A stretch of 64,000 bases of DNA from Macrostomum hystrix (lineage: Eukaryota > Animalia > Platyhelminthes). Made by a program: the position numbers and the translations under genes. Under the pieces are notes generated by a model. That model had not been told where the DNA came from and did no database searches. It saw nothing but the letters and a program-made list of their open reading frames with translations. Of the stretch, positions 1-12,903 are shown piece by piece (the stretch's first letter is position 1; each line of letters opens with the position of its first letter). The stretch lies in contig CATNEN010000025.1 in NCBI GenBank assembly GCA_950097015.1, positions 5,332,001 to 5,396,000 of the forward strand, in the 5' to 3' direction.

Positions 1-3000
1 ATTTCTCATCATCCAGAATCTCACCCCATTTCTCATCATCCAGAATCTCACCCCATTTCTCATCATCCAGAATCTCAATTCATTTCTCATCATCCAGAAT
101 CTCACCCAATTTCTCATCATCCAGAATCTCACCCCATTTCTCATCATCCAGAATCTCAATTCATTTCTCATCATCCAGAATCTCACCCCATTTCTCATCA
201 TCCAGAATCTCACCCATTTCTCATCATCCAGAATCTCACCCCATTTCTCATCATCCAGAATCTCACCCATTTCTCATCATCCAGAATCTCAATTCATTTC
301 TCATCATCCAGAATCTCACCCCATTTCTCATCATCCAGAATCTCAATTCATTTCTCATCATCCAGAATCTCACCCTATTTCTCATCATCCAGAATCTCAC
401 CCATTTCTCATTATCCAGAATCTCACCCCATTTCTCATCATCCAGAATCTCACCCTATTTCTCATCATCCAAAATCTCACCCCATTTCTCATCATCCAGA
501 ATCTCACCCCATTTCTCATCATCCAGAATCTCACCCCATTTCTCATCATCCAGAATCTCAATTCATTTCTCATCATCCAGAATCTCAATTCATTTCTCAT
601 CATCCAGAATCTCAATTCATTTCTCATCATCCAGAATCTCAATTCATTTCTCATCATCCAGAATCTCACTTCATTTCTCATCATCCAGAATCTCAATTCA
701 TTTCTCATCATCCAGAATCTCAATTCATTTCTCATCATCCAGAATCTCACCCCATTTCTCATCATCCAGAATCTCACCCCATTTCTCATCATCCAGAATC
801 TCAATTCATTTCTCATCATCCAGAATCTCAATTCATTTCTCATCATCCAGAATCTCAATTCATTTCTCATCATCCAGAATCTCACCCCATTTCTCATCAT
901 CCAGAATCTCACCCCATTTCTCATTATCCAGAATCTCAATTCATTTCTCATCATCCAGAATCTCAATTCATTTCTCATCATCCAGAATCTTACCCCATTT
1001 CTCATCATCCAGAATCTCACCCCATTTCTCATCATCCAGAATCTCACCCATTTCTCATCATCCAGAATCTCACCCCATTTCTCATCATCCAGAATCTCAC
1101 CCCATTTCTCATCATCCAGAATCTTACCCCATTTCTCATCATCCAGAATCTCACCCCATTTCTCATCATCCAGAATCTCACCCCATTTCTCATCATCCAG
1201 AATCTCACCCCATTTCTCATCATCCAGAATCTCACCCCATTTCTCATCATCCAGAATCTCACCCATTTCTCATTATCCAGAATCTCAATTCATTTCTCAT
1301 CATCCAGAATCTCACCCCATTTCTCATCATCCAGAATCTCAATTCATTTCTCATCATCCAGAATCTCACCCATTTCTCATCATCCAGAATCTCACCCCAT
1401 GTCTCATCATCCAGAATCTCACCCCATTTCTCATCATCCAGAATCTTACCCCATTTCTCATCATCCAGAATCTCACCCCATTTCTCATTATCCAGAATCT
1501 CACCCCATTTCTCATCATCCAGAATCTCAATTCATTTCTCATCATCCAGAATCTCAATTCATTTCTCATCATCCAGAATCTCACCCCATTTCTCATCATC
1601 CAGAATCTCACCCCATTTCTCATCATTCAGAATCTCAATTCATTTCTCATCATCCAGAATCTCACCCATTTCTCATTATCCAGAATCTTAATTCATTTCT
1701 CATCATCCAGAATCTCACCCCATTTCTCATCATCCAGAATCTCACCCCATTTCTCATTATCCAGAATCTCACCCCATTTCTCATCATCCAGAATCTCAAT
1801 TCATTTCTCATCATCCAGAATCTCAATTCATTTCTCATCATCCAGAATCTCACCCATTTCTCATCATCCAGAATCTCACCCCATGTCTCATCATCCAGAA
1901 TCTCACCCCATTTCTCATCATCCAGAATCTCACCCCATTTCTCATCATCCAGAATCTCACCCCATTTCTCATCATCCAGAATCTCAATTCATTTCTCATC
2001 ATCCAGAATCTCAATTCATTTCTCATCATCCAGAATCTCACCCCATTTCTCATCATCCAGAATCTCAATTCATTTCTCATTATCCAGAATCTCAATTCAT
2101 TTCTCATCATCCAGAATCTCAATTCATTTCTCATCATCCAGAATCTCAATTCATTTCTCATCATCCAGAATCTCAATTCATTTCTCATCATCCAGAATCT
2201 CAATTCATTTCTCATCATCCAGAATCTCAATTCATTTCTCATCATCCAGAATCTCAATTCATTTCTCATCATCCAGAATCTCACCCCATTTCTCATCATC
2301 CAGAATCTCAATTCATTTCTCATCATCCAGAATCTCAATTCATTTCTCATCATCCAGAATCTCAATTCATTTCTCATCATCCAGAATCTCAATTCATTTG
2401 TCATCATCCAGAATCTCACCCCATTTCTCATCATCCAGAATCTCAATTCATTTCTCATCATCCAGAATCTCAATTCATTTCTCATCATCCAGAATCTCAC
2501 CCCATTTCTCATCATCCAGAATCTCACCCCATTTCTCATCATCCAGAATCTCAATTCATTTCTCATCATCCAGAATCTTAATTCATTTCTCATCATCCAG
2601 AATCTCAATTCATTTCTCATCATCCAGAATCTCAATTCATTTCTCATCATCCAGAATCTCACCCCATTTCTCATCATCCAGAATCTCACCCCATTTCTCA
2701 TCATCCAGAATCTCACCCCATTTCTCATCATCCAGAATCTCAATTCATTTCTCATCATCCAGAATCTCAATTCATTTCTCATCATCCAGAATCTCAATTC
2801 ATTTCTCATCATCCAGAATCTCAATTCATTTCTCATCATCCAGAATCTCACCCCATTTCTCATCATCCAGAATCTCACCCCATTTCTCATTATCCAGAAT
2901 CTCAATTCATTTCTCATCATCCAGAATCTCAATTCATTTCTCATCATCCAGAATCTTACCCCATTTCTCATCATCCAGAATCTCACCCCATTTCTCATCA

Positions 3001-6000
3001 TCCAGAATCTCACCCATTTCTCATCATCCAGAATCTCACCCCATTTCTCATCATCCAGAATCTCAATTCATTTCTCATCATCCAGAATCTCAATTCATTT
3101 CTCATCATCCAGAATCTCAATTCATTTCTCATCATCCAGAATCTCACCCTATTTCTCATCATCCAAAATCTCACCCCATTTCTCATCATCCAGAAACTCA
3201 ACCTATTTCTCATCATCCAGAATCTCACCCCATTTCTCATCATCCAGAATCTCAATTCATTTCTCATCATCCAGAATCTCACCCCATTTCTCATCATCCA
3301 GAATCTCACCCCATTTCTCATCATCCAGAATCTCAATTCATTTCTCATCATCCAGAATCTCAATTCATTTCTCATCATCCAGAATCTCAATTCATTTCTC
3401 ATCATCCAGAATCTCACCCCATTTCTCATCATCCAGAATCTCAATTCATTTCTCATCATCCAGAATCTCACCCATTTCTCATTATCCAGAATCTCAATTC
3501 ATTTCTCATCATCCAGAATCTTACCCCATTTCTCATCATCCAGAATCTCACCCCATTTCTCATCATCCAGAATCTCACCCCATTTCTCATCATCCAGAAT
3601 CTCACCCATTTCTCATCATCCAGAATCTCACCCCATTTCTCATCATCCAGAATCTCACCCCATTTCTCATCATCCAGAATCTCACCCCATTTCTCATCAT
3701 CCAGAATCTCACCCATTTCTCATCATCCAGAATCTCAATTCATTTCTCATCATCCAGAATCTCACCCATTTCTCATCATCCAGAATCTCACCCCATGTCT
3801 CATCATCCAGAATCTCACCCCATTTCTCATCATCCAGAATCTCACCCCATTTCTCATCATCCAGAATCTCAATTCATTTCTCATCATCCAGAATCTCACC
3901 CCATTTCTCATCATCCAGAATCTCACCCCATTTCTCATCATCCAGAATCTCACCCCATTTCTCATCATCCAGAATCTCACCCCATTTCTCATCATCCAGA
4001 ATCTCACCCATTTCTCATCATCCAGAATCTCAATTCATTTCTCATCATCCAGAATCTCACCCATTTCTCATCATCCAGAATCTCACCCCATGTCTCATCA
4101 TCCAGAATCTCACCCCATTTCTCATCATCCAGAATCTCACCCCATTTCTCATCATCCAGAATCTCAATTCATTTCTCATCATCCAGAATCTCAATTCATT
4201 TCTCATCATCCAGGAATCTCACTCCATTTTCTCATCATCCAGAATCTCACCCCAATTTCTCATCATCCAGAATCTCACCCCAGTGCTCACATCGATCCAG
4301 AATCTCATTCCATTTTTCATCATCCAGAATCTCAGATTCCATTTCCTCCTCATCCAGAAGTCTCAATTCCATTTCTCATCATCCAGAATCTCACTCCTAT
4401 TTCTCATCATCCAGAATCTCACTCCATTTCCCTCATCGCAGAAATCTCAACCCTATTTCTCATTCATCCAGAATCTCAATCCCTCTTCTATCATCCAGAA
4501 TCTCAATTCAATATCATCATCATCCAGAATCTCACTCCATTTCTCAATCATCCAGAAATCTCACCCTCATCTTCTCATCATCCAGAATCTCTATTCCTTT
4601 CTCCATCATCCAGAAATCTCAATTCATTTCCTCATGCATCCAGAAATCTCAATTCAGTTCTCATCACCAATCTCGAAAACATCAGGAATCTCACACCCAT
4701 TTCTCAATCATCCAGAATCTCAATTCAGTTCTCCATCATCCAGAATCTCATCCATTTGCTCATCCAGAATCTCAATTCATTTCTCATCATCCAGAATCTC
4801 AATTCATTTCTCATCATCCAGAATCTCACTCATTTCTCATTCATCCAGAATCTCAACCCATTTCTCATCATCCAGAATCTCACCCATTTCTCATCATCCA
4901 GAATCTCACCCCATTTCTCATCATCCCAGAATCTCAATTCATTTCTCATCATCCAGAATCTCAATCCATTTCTCATCATCCAGAATCTCAATCCATTTCT
5001 CATCATCCAGAATCTCAATTCATTTCTCATCATCCAGAATCTCACCCCATTTCTCATCATCCAGAATCTCACCCCATTTCTCATTATCCAGAATCTCACC
5101 ATTCATTTCTCATCATCCAGAATCTCAATTCATTTCTCATCATCCAGAATCTTACCCCATTTCTCATCATCCAGAATCTCACCCCATTTCTCATCATCCA
5201 GAATCTCACCCATTTCTCATCATCCAGAATCTCACCCCATTTCTCATCATCCAGAATCTCAATTCATTTCTCATCATCCAGAATCTCAATTCATTTCTCA
5301 TCATCCAGAATCTCAATTCATTTCTCATCATCCAGAATCTCACCCTATTTCTCATCATCCAAAATCTCACCCCATTTCTCATCATCCAGAAACTCAACCT
5401 ATTTCTCATCATCCAGAATCTCACCCCATTTCTCATCATCCAGAATCTCAATTCATTTCTCATCATCCAGAATCTCACCCCATTTCTCATCATCCAGAAT
5501 CTCACCCCATTTCTCATCATCCAGAATCTCAATTCATTTCTCATCATCCAGAATCTCAATTCATTTCTCATCATCCAGAATCTCAATTCATTTCTCATCA
5601 TCCAGAATCTCACCCCATTTCTCATCATCCAGAATCTCAATTCATTTCTCATCATCCAGAATCTCACCCATTTCTCATTATCCAGAATCTCAATTCATTT
5701 CTCATCATCCAGAATCTTACCCCATTTCTCATCATCCAGAATCTCACCCCATTTCTCATCATCCAGAATCTCACCCCATTTCTCATCATCCAGAATCTCA
5801 CCCCATTTCTCATCATCCAGAATCTCACCCCATTTCTCATCATCCAGAATCTCACCCCATTTCTCATCATCCAGAATCTCACCCATTTCTCATCATCCAG
5901 AATCTCAATTCATTTCTCATCATCCAGAATCTCACCCATTTCTCATCATCCAGAATCTCACCCCATGTCTCATCATCCAGAATCTCACCCCATTTCTCAT

Positions 6001-7278
6001 CATCCAGAATCTCACCCCATTTCTCATCATCCAGAATCTCAATTCATTTCTCATCATCCAGAATCTCACCCCATTTCTCATCATCCAGAATCTCACCCCA
6101 TTTCTCATCATCCAGAATCTCACCCCATTTCTCATCATCCAGAATCTCACCCCATTTCTCATCATCCAGAATCTCACCCATTTCTCATCATCCAGAATCT
6201 CACCCCATTTCTCATCATCCAGAATCTCACCCATTTCTCATCATCCAGAATCTCACCCCATGTCTCATCATCCAGAATCTCACCCCATTTCTCATCATCC
6301 AGAATCTCACCCCATTTCTCATCATCCAGAATCTCAATTCATTTCTCATCATCCAGAATCTCAATTCATTTCTCATCATCCAGAATCTCAATTCATTTCT
6401 CATCATCCAGAATCTCACCCTATTTCTCATCATCCAAAATCTCACCCCATTTCTCATCATCCAGAAACTCAACCTATTTCTCATCATCCAGAATCTCACC
6501 CCATTTCTCATCATCCAGAATCTCAATTCATTTCTCATCATCCAGAATCTCACCCCATTTCTCATCATCCAGAATCTCACCCCATTTCTCATCATCCAGA
6601 ATCTCAATTCATTTCTCATCATCCAGAATCTCAATTCATTTCTCATCATCCAGAATCTCACCCCATTTCTCATCATCCAGAATCTCAATTCATTTCTCAT
6701 CATCCAGAATCTCACCCATTTCTCATTATCCAGAATCTCAATTCATTTCTCATCATCCAGAATCTCAATTCATTTCTCATCATCCAGAATCTTACCCCAT
6801 TTCTCATCATCCAGAATCTCACCCCATTTCTCATCATCCAGAATCTCACCCATTTCTCATCATCCAGAATCTCACCCCATTTCTCATCATCCAGAATCTC
6901 AATTCATTTCTCATCATCCAGAATCTTACCCCATTTCTCATCATCCAGAATCTCACCCCATTTCTCATCATCCAGAATCTCAATTCATTTCTCATCATCC
7001 AGAATCTCACCCCATTTCTCATCATCCAGAATCTCAATTCATTTCTCATCATCCAGAATCTCACCCCATTTCTCATCATCCAGAATCTCACCCCATTTCT
7101 CATCATCCAGAATCTCACCCCATTTCTCATCATCCAGAATCTCACCCCATTTCTCATCATTCAGAATCTCACCCCATTTGTCATCATCCAAAATCTCACC
7201 CATTTCTCATCATCCGGAATCTCAACCCATTTCTCATCATCCAGAATCTCACCCATTTCTCATCATCCAGAATCTCAA
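1..7278. repeat. 27-bp satellite (ATTTCTCATCATCCAGAATCT-CACCCC/CAATTC), >=7.2 kb, in the last visible SGSM intron; runs off the window
   Basis: Roughly 270 head-to-tail units with two main variants and some 26-bp units; indel-rich stretch at ~4210-4990. Confidence 0.98.
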
Positions 7279-7358
7279 TATAAAGCCTTTATTTTCTCTG
7301 CTCGATCTGGCCTTCAAAATAAACACTACGAATTGAAAAGCTAGCTCATCTCGCTCAC

Positions 7359-7526
7359 CAATGTAGAGCATGGTGACATCCGCCAAGTTCATATCATTCT
7401 CCATGATGAAGCCGCGGTATTCCTGCAGCAGGGCTATGGCTATGAAGATGCTGAAGTGGCTTGAGACTAAGTGGGACGCGGCCCAGACTGTCTCCCAGAC
7501 TCGGAACACGTCATTGTAACAAATCT
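7359..7526 (-). CDS. SGSM1: SGSM1/2-like RUN-TBC RabGAP, exon 13 (C-terminal TBC; final exon lies outside the window)
   Basis: EICYNDVFRVWETVWAASHLVSSHFSIFIAIALLQEYR resembles the SGSM TBC end; cag| acceptor (phase 1) and |gtgagc donor. Confidence 0.9.
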
Positions 7527-7742
7527 CTGCGGCGAAGTGGTAGAGATGAACTTTGATAAATTGAATAGAACTGACTTTTATCAGTGCCAAAATATGAAAT
7601 CAGATACAATGACCTCGTTTAACAGACAGTCTTTACTTATGAAGTACCAAGAAGCATTTATAATAGAGCCATTGTTTGCCATTTAACAATTCAACATGGC
7701 TTTTGAAAGAATCCAATGCTTCGATTAGTAATTTGACGGATT

Positions 7743-8079
7743 GGGGGTCGGTGGCAGAGCGGTAAACGCGTTTGCCTCTCGCACCACGGCCCTAAGTTCG
7801 ATTCCACGGCGAGGCCACATTCATTTGCGACGCAGCCGCGGAGAGAAGGCTTGGGGGCTTGTCGTGCAATTTACGCCCTTGAGGGCCAACCTCCAAGGCA
7901 CAGTGAAAGTGTACACTGCCTGACGATGAGAAAGTCAGGGCAGATGTACACACCTGTGTGAGCGTATGCCTGGGTGCAGTATCTGTGTGCGTGTGTGCTC
8001 AGGAGTCAGCGAAATGGGCAGAATTGCCTCCTCGCTGGCTGCGGGTCACTAAATGATGTGCCATTGCCCGCAACCCTCC
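7743..8079 (+). mobile_element. tRNA-derived SINE, family 1, near full-length copy A (SGSM intron 12)
   Basis: A box TGGCAGAGCGG, B box GTTCGATTCC, ~340 bp body, A/T-rich tail; highly similar copies at ~18185, ~26478 and ~29828. Confidence 0.85.
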
Positions 8080-8200
8080 AACAATCACTATTATTTATTA
8101 TTATTAATTTGACAAATTTAAATCCTTCCCTCCTTGCTCTGCCCTTTTTTTCCAAAAAATCTTTGAATGAAAAAAATCGACAATCCATAAACACACTGAC

Positions 8201-8618
8201 CTCGCTTAAAATCCAATAGGAGCCAACGAAAGCAGAAGCAGAAGTGCATGTGCAGCTGATGCAGCTGGGCGCTTTGCTGCTGCTGCTGCTGCGAAACGCC
8301 CGTGCGCTCCTGCTCACCCTTGCGTACAATGTGTTCGTGAAGCTGCGGGTCAATGACCTGCAGTGCAGCGCTTAAGTTAGCTAACTGCTGGTTCATCAGC
8401 GACCGGTGCTGCCCGCTGCTGCCGATTCCTTCGGAGTCGGCCGCTTCAACAGCTGGGTCAGCCACCAAACTGGCCTCTCTAATTTCGGCGTCGTCGGTTG
8501 GAAAATTTGACACCATCCGGTGCATCAGGCGCTCGAAACAGCCCAGTGTGAGACCCTCGTCCTCTAGGACAATGAGTAGCGGCGCCAACAGGTCACAGAA
8601 ACCCTGAATGTAGCCAAC
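8201..8618 (-). CDS. SGSM1: SGSM1/2-like exon 12 (TBC core)
   Basis: VGYIQGFCDLLAPLL (Gln finger) to HFCFCFRWLLLDFKR; cag| acceptor and |gtcagt donor in phase. Confidence 0.92.
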
Positions 8619-8659
8619 CTGAGGCGACGGGATCAGGGATTTTGTGGGGTAAAATCCAA

Positions 8660-8830
8660 AAACATCCAAAAACAAAAATCCTCAGGAACAGAAATCTTCA
8701 GGAACTCAGCGATTCTTCAGGAACAGAAATCCTCAGGAACTCAGCGATTCTTCAGGAACAGAAATCCTCAAGAACTCAGGGTTCCTTCAGGAAATCCTTA
8801 AGAACTCAGGGAATGTTCAGAACAAGAAAT
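8660..8830. repeat. Degenerate short tandem repeat (CTCAGGAAC..AGAAATCCT) in SGSM intron 11
   Basis: Repeated ctcaggaac / agaaatcct words. Confidence 0.65.
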
Positions 8831-8842
8831 TCTCGAACTCAC

Positions 8843-8992
8843 CTGAAGGTTTTCCCAAACATAGCAGCACATGATATTGCGCAGCTTGTCAAGGTGTTCG
8901 TCGTCTGAGAAGAAGGTGATGTGCCTGTCGCATCTCGTGACATCCTTGTCAATGCGATGCCAGTTTTCAGTCACAGTTTTGATCAACTCGGC
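8843..8992 (-). CDS. SGSM1: SGSM1/2-like exon 11
   Basis: AELIKTVTENWHRIDKDVTRCDR (Arg finger) to LRNIMCCYVWENLQ; phase 0/0. Confidence 0.92.
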
Positions 8993-9554
8993 CTGCGGTT
9001 AGAGTTTCGACAAGCTTATTTGAAATTATTTTTGTGTTTTTCATGGTGGGGTTGTGAATGTCGAGGCGAGTTATGTGTGTTGGAAGATGGGTCATGTATG
9101 TTGAAAGTAGGTTTATGTGTGTTTTCGGAGGTGTTCGGAGGTGTTCCAAGGTGTTCCAAGGTGGGTAATGTGGGTATAGAGTTGCGATTAACTTGACGTG
9201 CACTATCTTTCAGAAAGATCAAATCGCAAACTCTACTATTAAATAAAATATGCATCATTATTCTTTATGCATCCTTTAAGCTTAAGAGCATAATTTTTCA
9301 AAGCACATTTTCTTTATCTTTCCTGCTATTCATCTGACTAGAATTGAATATTTCCGACAAACGAAACCTTTTTTTTATTATGCTCTTGGCAGCGTTCTGC
9401 TCTAGAAATCCCGAGAGAATTCGATTCTTACGCGAGCGATACAGAAAGATAATTTAAAATGAACTCAAAGCAGCTGTGCTCTTGGTGTCCTGCATCATCA
9501 TAGGGTATCTGAGCTCACACTGAATATCCTAAATCAAATAGAACATCCCACGCT

Positions 9555-10030
9555 CTACCGAATATCCCACACCCTACAGAGTATCCCACACCCTACAGAA
9601 TATCCCACACCTTACAGAATATCCCACACCCTACAGAATATCCCACACCCTACAGAATATCCCACACCTACAGAGTATCCCACACCCTACAGAATATCCC
9701 ACACCCTACAGAATATCCCACACCCTACAGAATATCCCACACCCTACAGATTATCCTACACCCTACAGAATATCCCACACCCAACCGAATATCCCACACC
9801 CTACAGAATATCCCACACCCTACAGAATATCCCACACCCTACAGAATATCCCACACCCTACAGATTATCCTACACCCTACAGAATATCCCACACCCAACC
9901 GAATATCCCACACCCTACAGAATATCCCACACCCTACAGAATATCCCACACCCTACAGAATATCCCACACCCAACAGAATATCCCACACCCTACAGAATA
10001 TCCCACACCCTACAGAATCTCCCACACCTA
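9555..10030. repeat. 19-bp minisatellite CAGAATATCCCACACCCTA (SGSM intron 10)
   Basis: About 24 tandem units. Confidence 0.95.
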
Positions 10031-10114
10031 AAATCCAACATCCCATCTCAAAACTCCCTCAGTATGCGAGTGAATCAAGCAAATCCCACAAGCAATCTCA
10101 GATTCCCAACTCAC

Positions 10115-10197
10115 CGAATAAACTCCGCCATTGGAGGCTGGGCTAGCTGGTGAAGCCAGGCTCTCTCGCGAGGTCGACAATCGGCTGTAGGCGCCAC
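10115..10197 (-). CDS. SGSM1: SGSM1/2-like exon 10
   Basis: GGAYSRLSTSRESLASPASPASNGGVYS; cag| (phase 1) and |gtgagt (phase 0) fit the flanking exons. Confidence 0.75.
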
Positions 10198-10559
10198 CTG
10201 CAGATGATGAATTAGGCATGTCGGTGCCCGATAATTCAGGTTAGACAAGTCCGATAATAATTGCTAATGCAAAGGCTAACAAACATTACATTTCTAGATA
10301 TACTCCATAGTTTTCTGGAATAGATATTTATCAAGTCTGAATAGCCATTTAATTGCTAGACAAATAAAGTAGACCCAGTTAACGGTTTCCTGACCTTGCA
10401 ATAAATTTTTGTCGATTTAAAGTTCGCCGCCTAAATTATGCAAATATTGATAATTGCGTTCGATTTGACTTCACATTTAGCGAAATGCACTTAATAATTA
10501 ATTTAATTACGCAAACATTTCTCGAATCCCACACGAACCCGATTCACAAATCTCTCACA

Positions 10560-11592
10560 AACCCAAACCTCAAATCCCACAAGAAATCTCAAATCCCACA
10601 AGAAATCTCAAATCCCACAAGAAATCTCAAATCCCACAAGAAATCTCAAATCCCTCACAAACGCAAACCTCAAATCCCACAAGAAATCTCAAATCCCACA
10701 AGAAATCTCAAATCCCACAAGAAATCTCAAATCCCACAAGAAATCTCAAATCCCACAAGAAATCTCAAATCCCACAAGAAATCTCAAATCCCTCACAAAC
10801 CCAAACCTCAAATCCCACAATAAATCTCAAATCCCACAAGAAAACTCAAATCCCACAAGAAATCTCAAATCCCACATGAAATCTCAAATCCCACAAGAAA
10901 TCTCAAATCCCACAAGAAATCTCAAATCCCACAAGAAATCTCAAATCCCACAAGAAATCTCAAATCCCTCACAAACGCAAACCTCAAATCCCACAAGAAA
11001 TCTCAAATCCCACAAGAAATCTCAAATCCCACAAGAAATCTCAAATCCCACAAGAAATCTCAAATCCCACAAGAAATCTCAAATCCCACAAGAAATCTCA
11101 AATCCCACAAGAAATCTCAAATCCCACAAAGAAATCTCAAATCCCCACGCAAACCCGAATCTCAAATCCAACACGAACCCGAATCCCAAATCCAACACGA
11201 ACCCGAATCTCAAATCCCACACGAACCCGAATCTCAAATCCAACACGAACCCGAATCCCAAATCCAACACGAACCCGAATCTCAAATCCCACACGAACCC
11301 GAATCCCAAATCCAACACGAACCCGAATCTTAAATCCCACACGAACCCGAATCTCAAATCCCACACGAACCCGAATCTCAAATCCCCAGGCAAACCCGAA
11401 TCTCAAATCCCACGCAAACCCGAATCTCAAATCCCACACGAATCCGAATCTCAAATCCCACACGAACCCGAATCTCAAATCCCACACGAACCCGAATCTC
11501 AAATCCCACAAGAAATATCAAATCCCCGAACGAGCACAAATCTCAAATCCTCACGCAAACCCGAATCTCAAATCCCACACGAACCCGAATCA
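10560..11592. repeat. Compound minisatellite: 19-bp AAATCCCACAAGAAATCTC grading into 24-bp AAATCCCACACGAACCCGAATCTC (SGSM intron 9)
   Basis: Unit switch near 11140. Confidence 0.95.
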
Positions 11593-11597
11593 CATAC

Positions 11598-11973
11598 CTG
11601 TCTCTACACCCAGATGCTTGTCTCTGTCTTCTCCGTCTGCCGCATCAGCAGGTGAAGCTTCGTCGCAGAACAACGATGGCGGCTGCGGCGGCGGATCTGG
11701 AAGTCGTCGATTATTAGGTCGTTTCGATCGGCGCTGCTGCTGCTGCTGCTGCTGCTTAGACATTGTTGATGAAGCTTCAACAGCTTCCAGTTTGCGTCTG
11801 AGAACATCTCGCGCGTTGATGACAAGCTCTTTGTCGTTTTCGCGCACTATAACGTCAACCGGTCCCCACTCGGACAGCAGGTTCTCAAACCTGACCTGAG
11901 CAGCCTGATCCAGAGCCCGCCTCTCAGACTCTGTCGAGCCCCACGGATGAAAGCCCAGCATCAGCGGCCACAC
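11598..11973 (-). CDS. SGSM1: SGSM1/2-like exon 9
   Basis: VWPLMLGFHPWG...FENLLSEWGPVDVIVRE, resembling SGSM VWPFLLGHY...LAEWKACEVVVRQ; |gtatgt donor. Confidence 0.9.
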
Positions 11974-11999
11974 CTGGGAGCGTTGGGTGGGATATTCCA

Positions 12000-12430
12000 G
12001 TCACTCTACCTCACCTACTCACTCTACATCAACTACTCACTCTACCTCACCTACTCACTCTACCTCACCTACTCACTCTACCTCACCTACTCACTCTAAC
12101 TCAAGTACTCACTCTACCTTACTTACTCAATCTACCTCAACTACTCACTCTACCTCACCTACTCACTCTACCTCACCTACTCACTCTAACTCAAGTACTC
12201 ACTCTACCTTACTTACTCAATCTACCTCAACTACTCACTCTACCTCACCTACTCACTCTACCTCACCTACTCACTCTAACTCACCTACTCACTCTACATC
12301 AACTACTCACTCTACCTAAAACTACTCACTCTACCTCAACTACTCACTCTACCTCAACGACTCACTCTACCTCAACTGCTCACTCTACCTCAACGACTCA
12401 CTCTACCTCACCTACTCACTCTACCTCATG
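12000..12430. repeat. 18-bp minisatellite TACTCACTCTACCTCACC (SGSM intron 8)
   Basis: About 23 tandem units. Confidence 0.93.
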
Positions 12431-12471
12431 TACTATTATATCCCGCCCAGTCTTCCTCATCCAAAGCGAAC

Positions 12472-12801
12472 CTTCTTCCTCATCTCGGGCCGGCAGCCGC
12501 CCCAGTAGATGGCCCGATAAACCTCCTCCGGTCGACCCCGCTCCCAGATCTCCGTCGTCAGGCCGACCGGGAAATCCTCTGGCCGTCCGGCGCCGCCCTC
12601 CGGCCCAGCATCCAGCAGGTTCGCCAGGTAATCTCTAATCAGTCGGTTCTGACGCACGTGACTCAGCCAGCCGTTGAAGGCTCTCGACAGAATCTGACGG
12701 CGCATACTGCTGCACAGCTGCTGGATGCTCTCCTGCCGCTGCGGCTGCTGGCGCTTCATCAGCGGTGAATTCAAAGGACGCGAATTTCGACGACTGCCGT
12801 C
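12472..12801 (-). CDS. SGSM1: SGSM1/2-like exon 8
   Basis: LCSSMRRQILSRAFNGWLSH...GLTTEIW...IYWGGCRPEMRKK; phase 0/0. Confidence 0.92.
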
Positions 12802-12903
12802 CTGGATCGATGGGGTTAGGGTTGGATAACTACTGGCCAATATGTATCGAAACATTCAGTTTTGACGCTTTGTAATTTTCTAATAAAACAAGGAGCTCAT
12901 CAC

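Noticed and set aside
397-7344. Giant ORFs (1981, 1162 and 1017 aa, and many minus-strand ORFs)
   Set aside because: Translations of a 27-bp stop-free satellite; several frames on both strands are open and the region is an SGSM intron.
7909-7951. Functional hammerhead ribozyme in the SINE hairpin
   Set aside because: CTGACGA and GAAA are only 3 nt apart (no stem II), stem III cannot form, and the core bases are sequestered in a stem. Kept only as a hedged finding.
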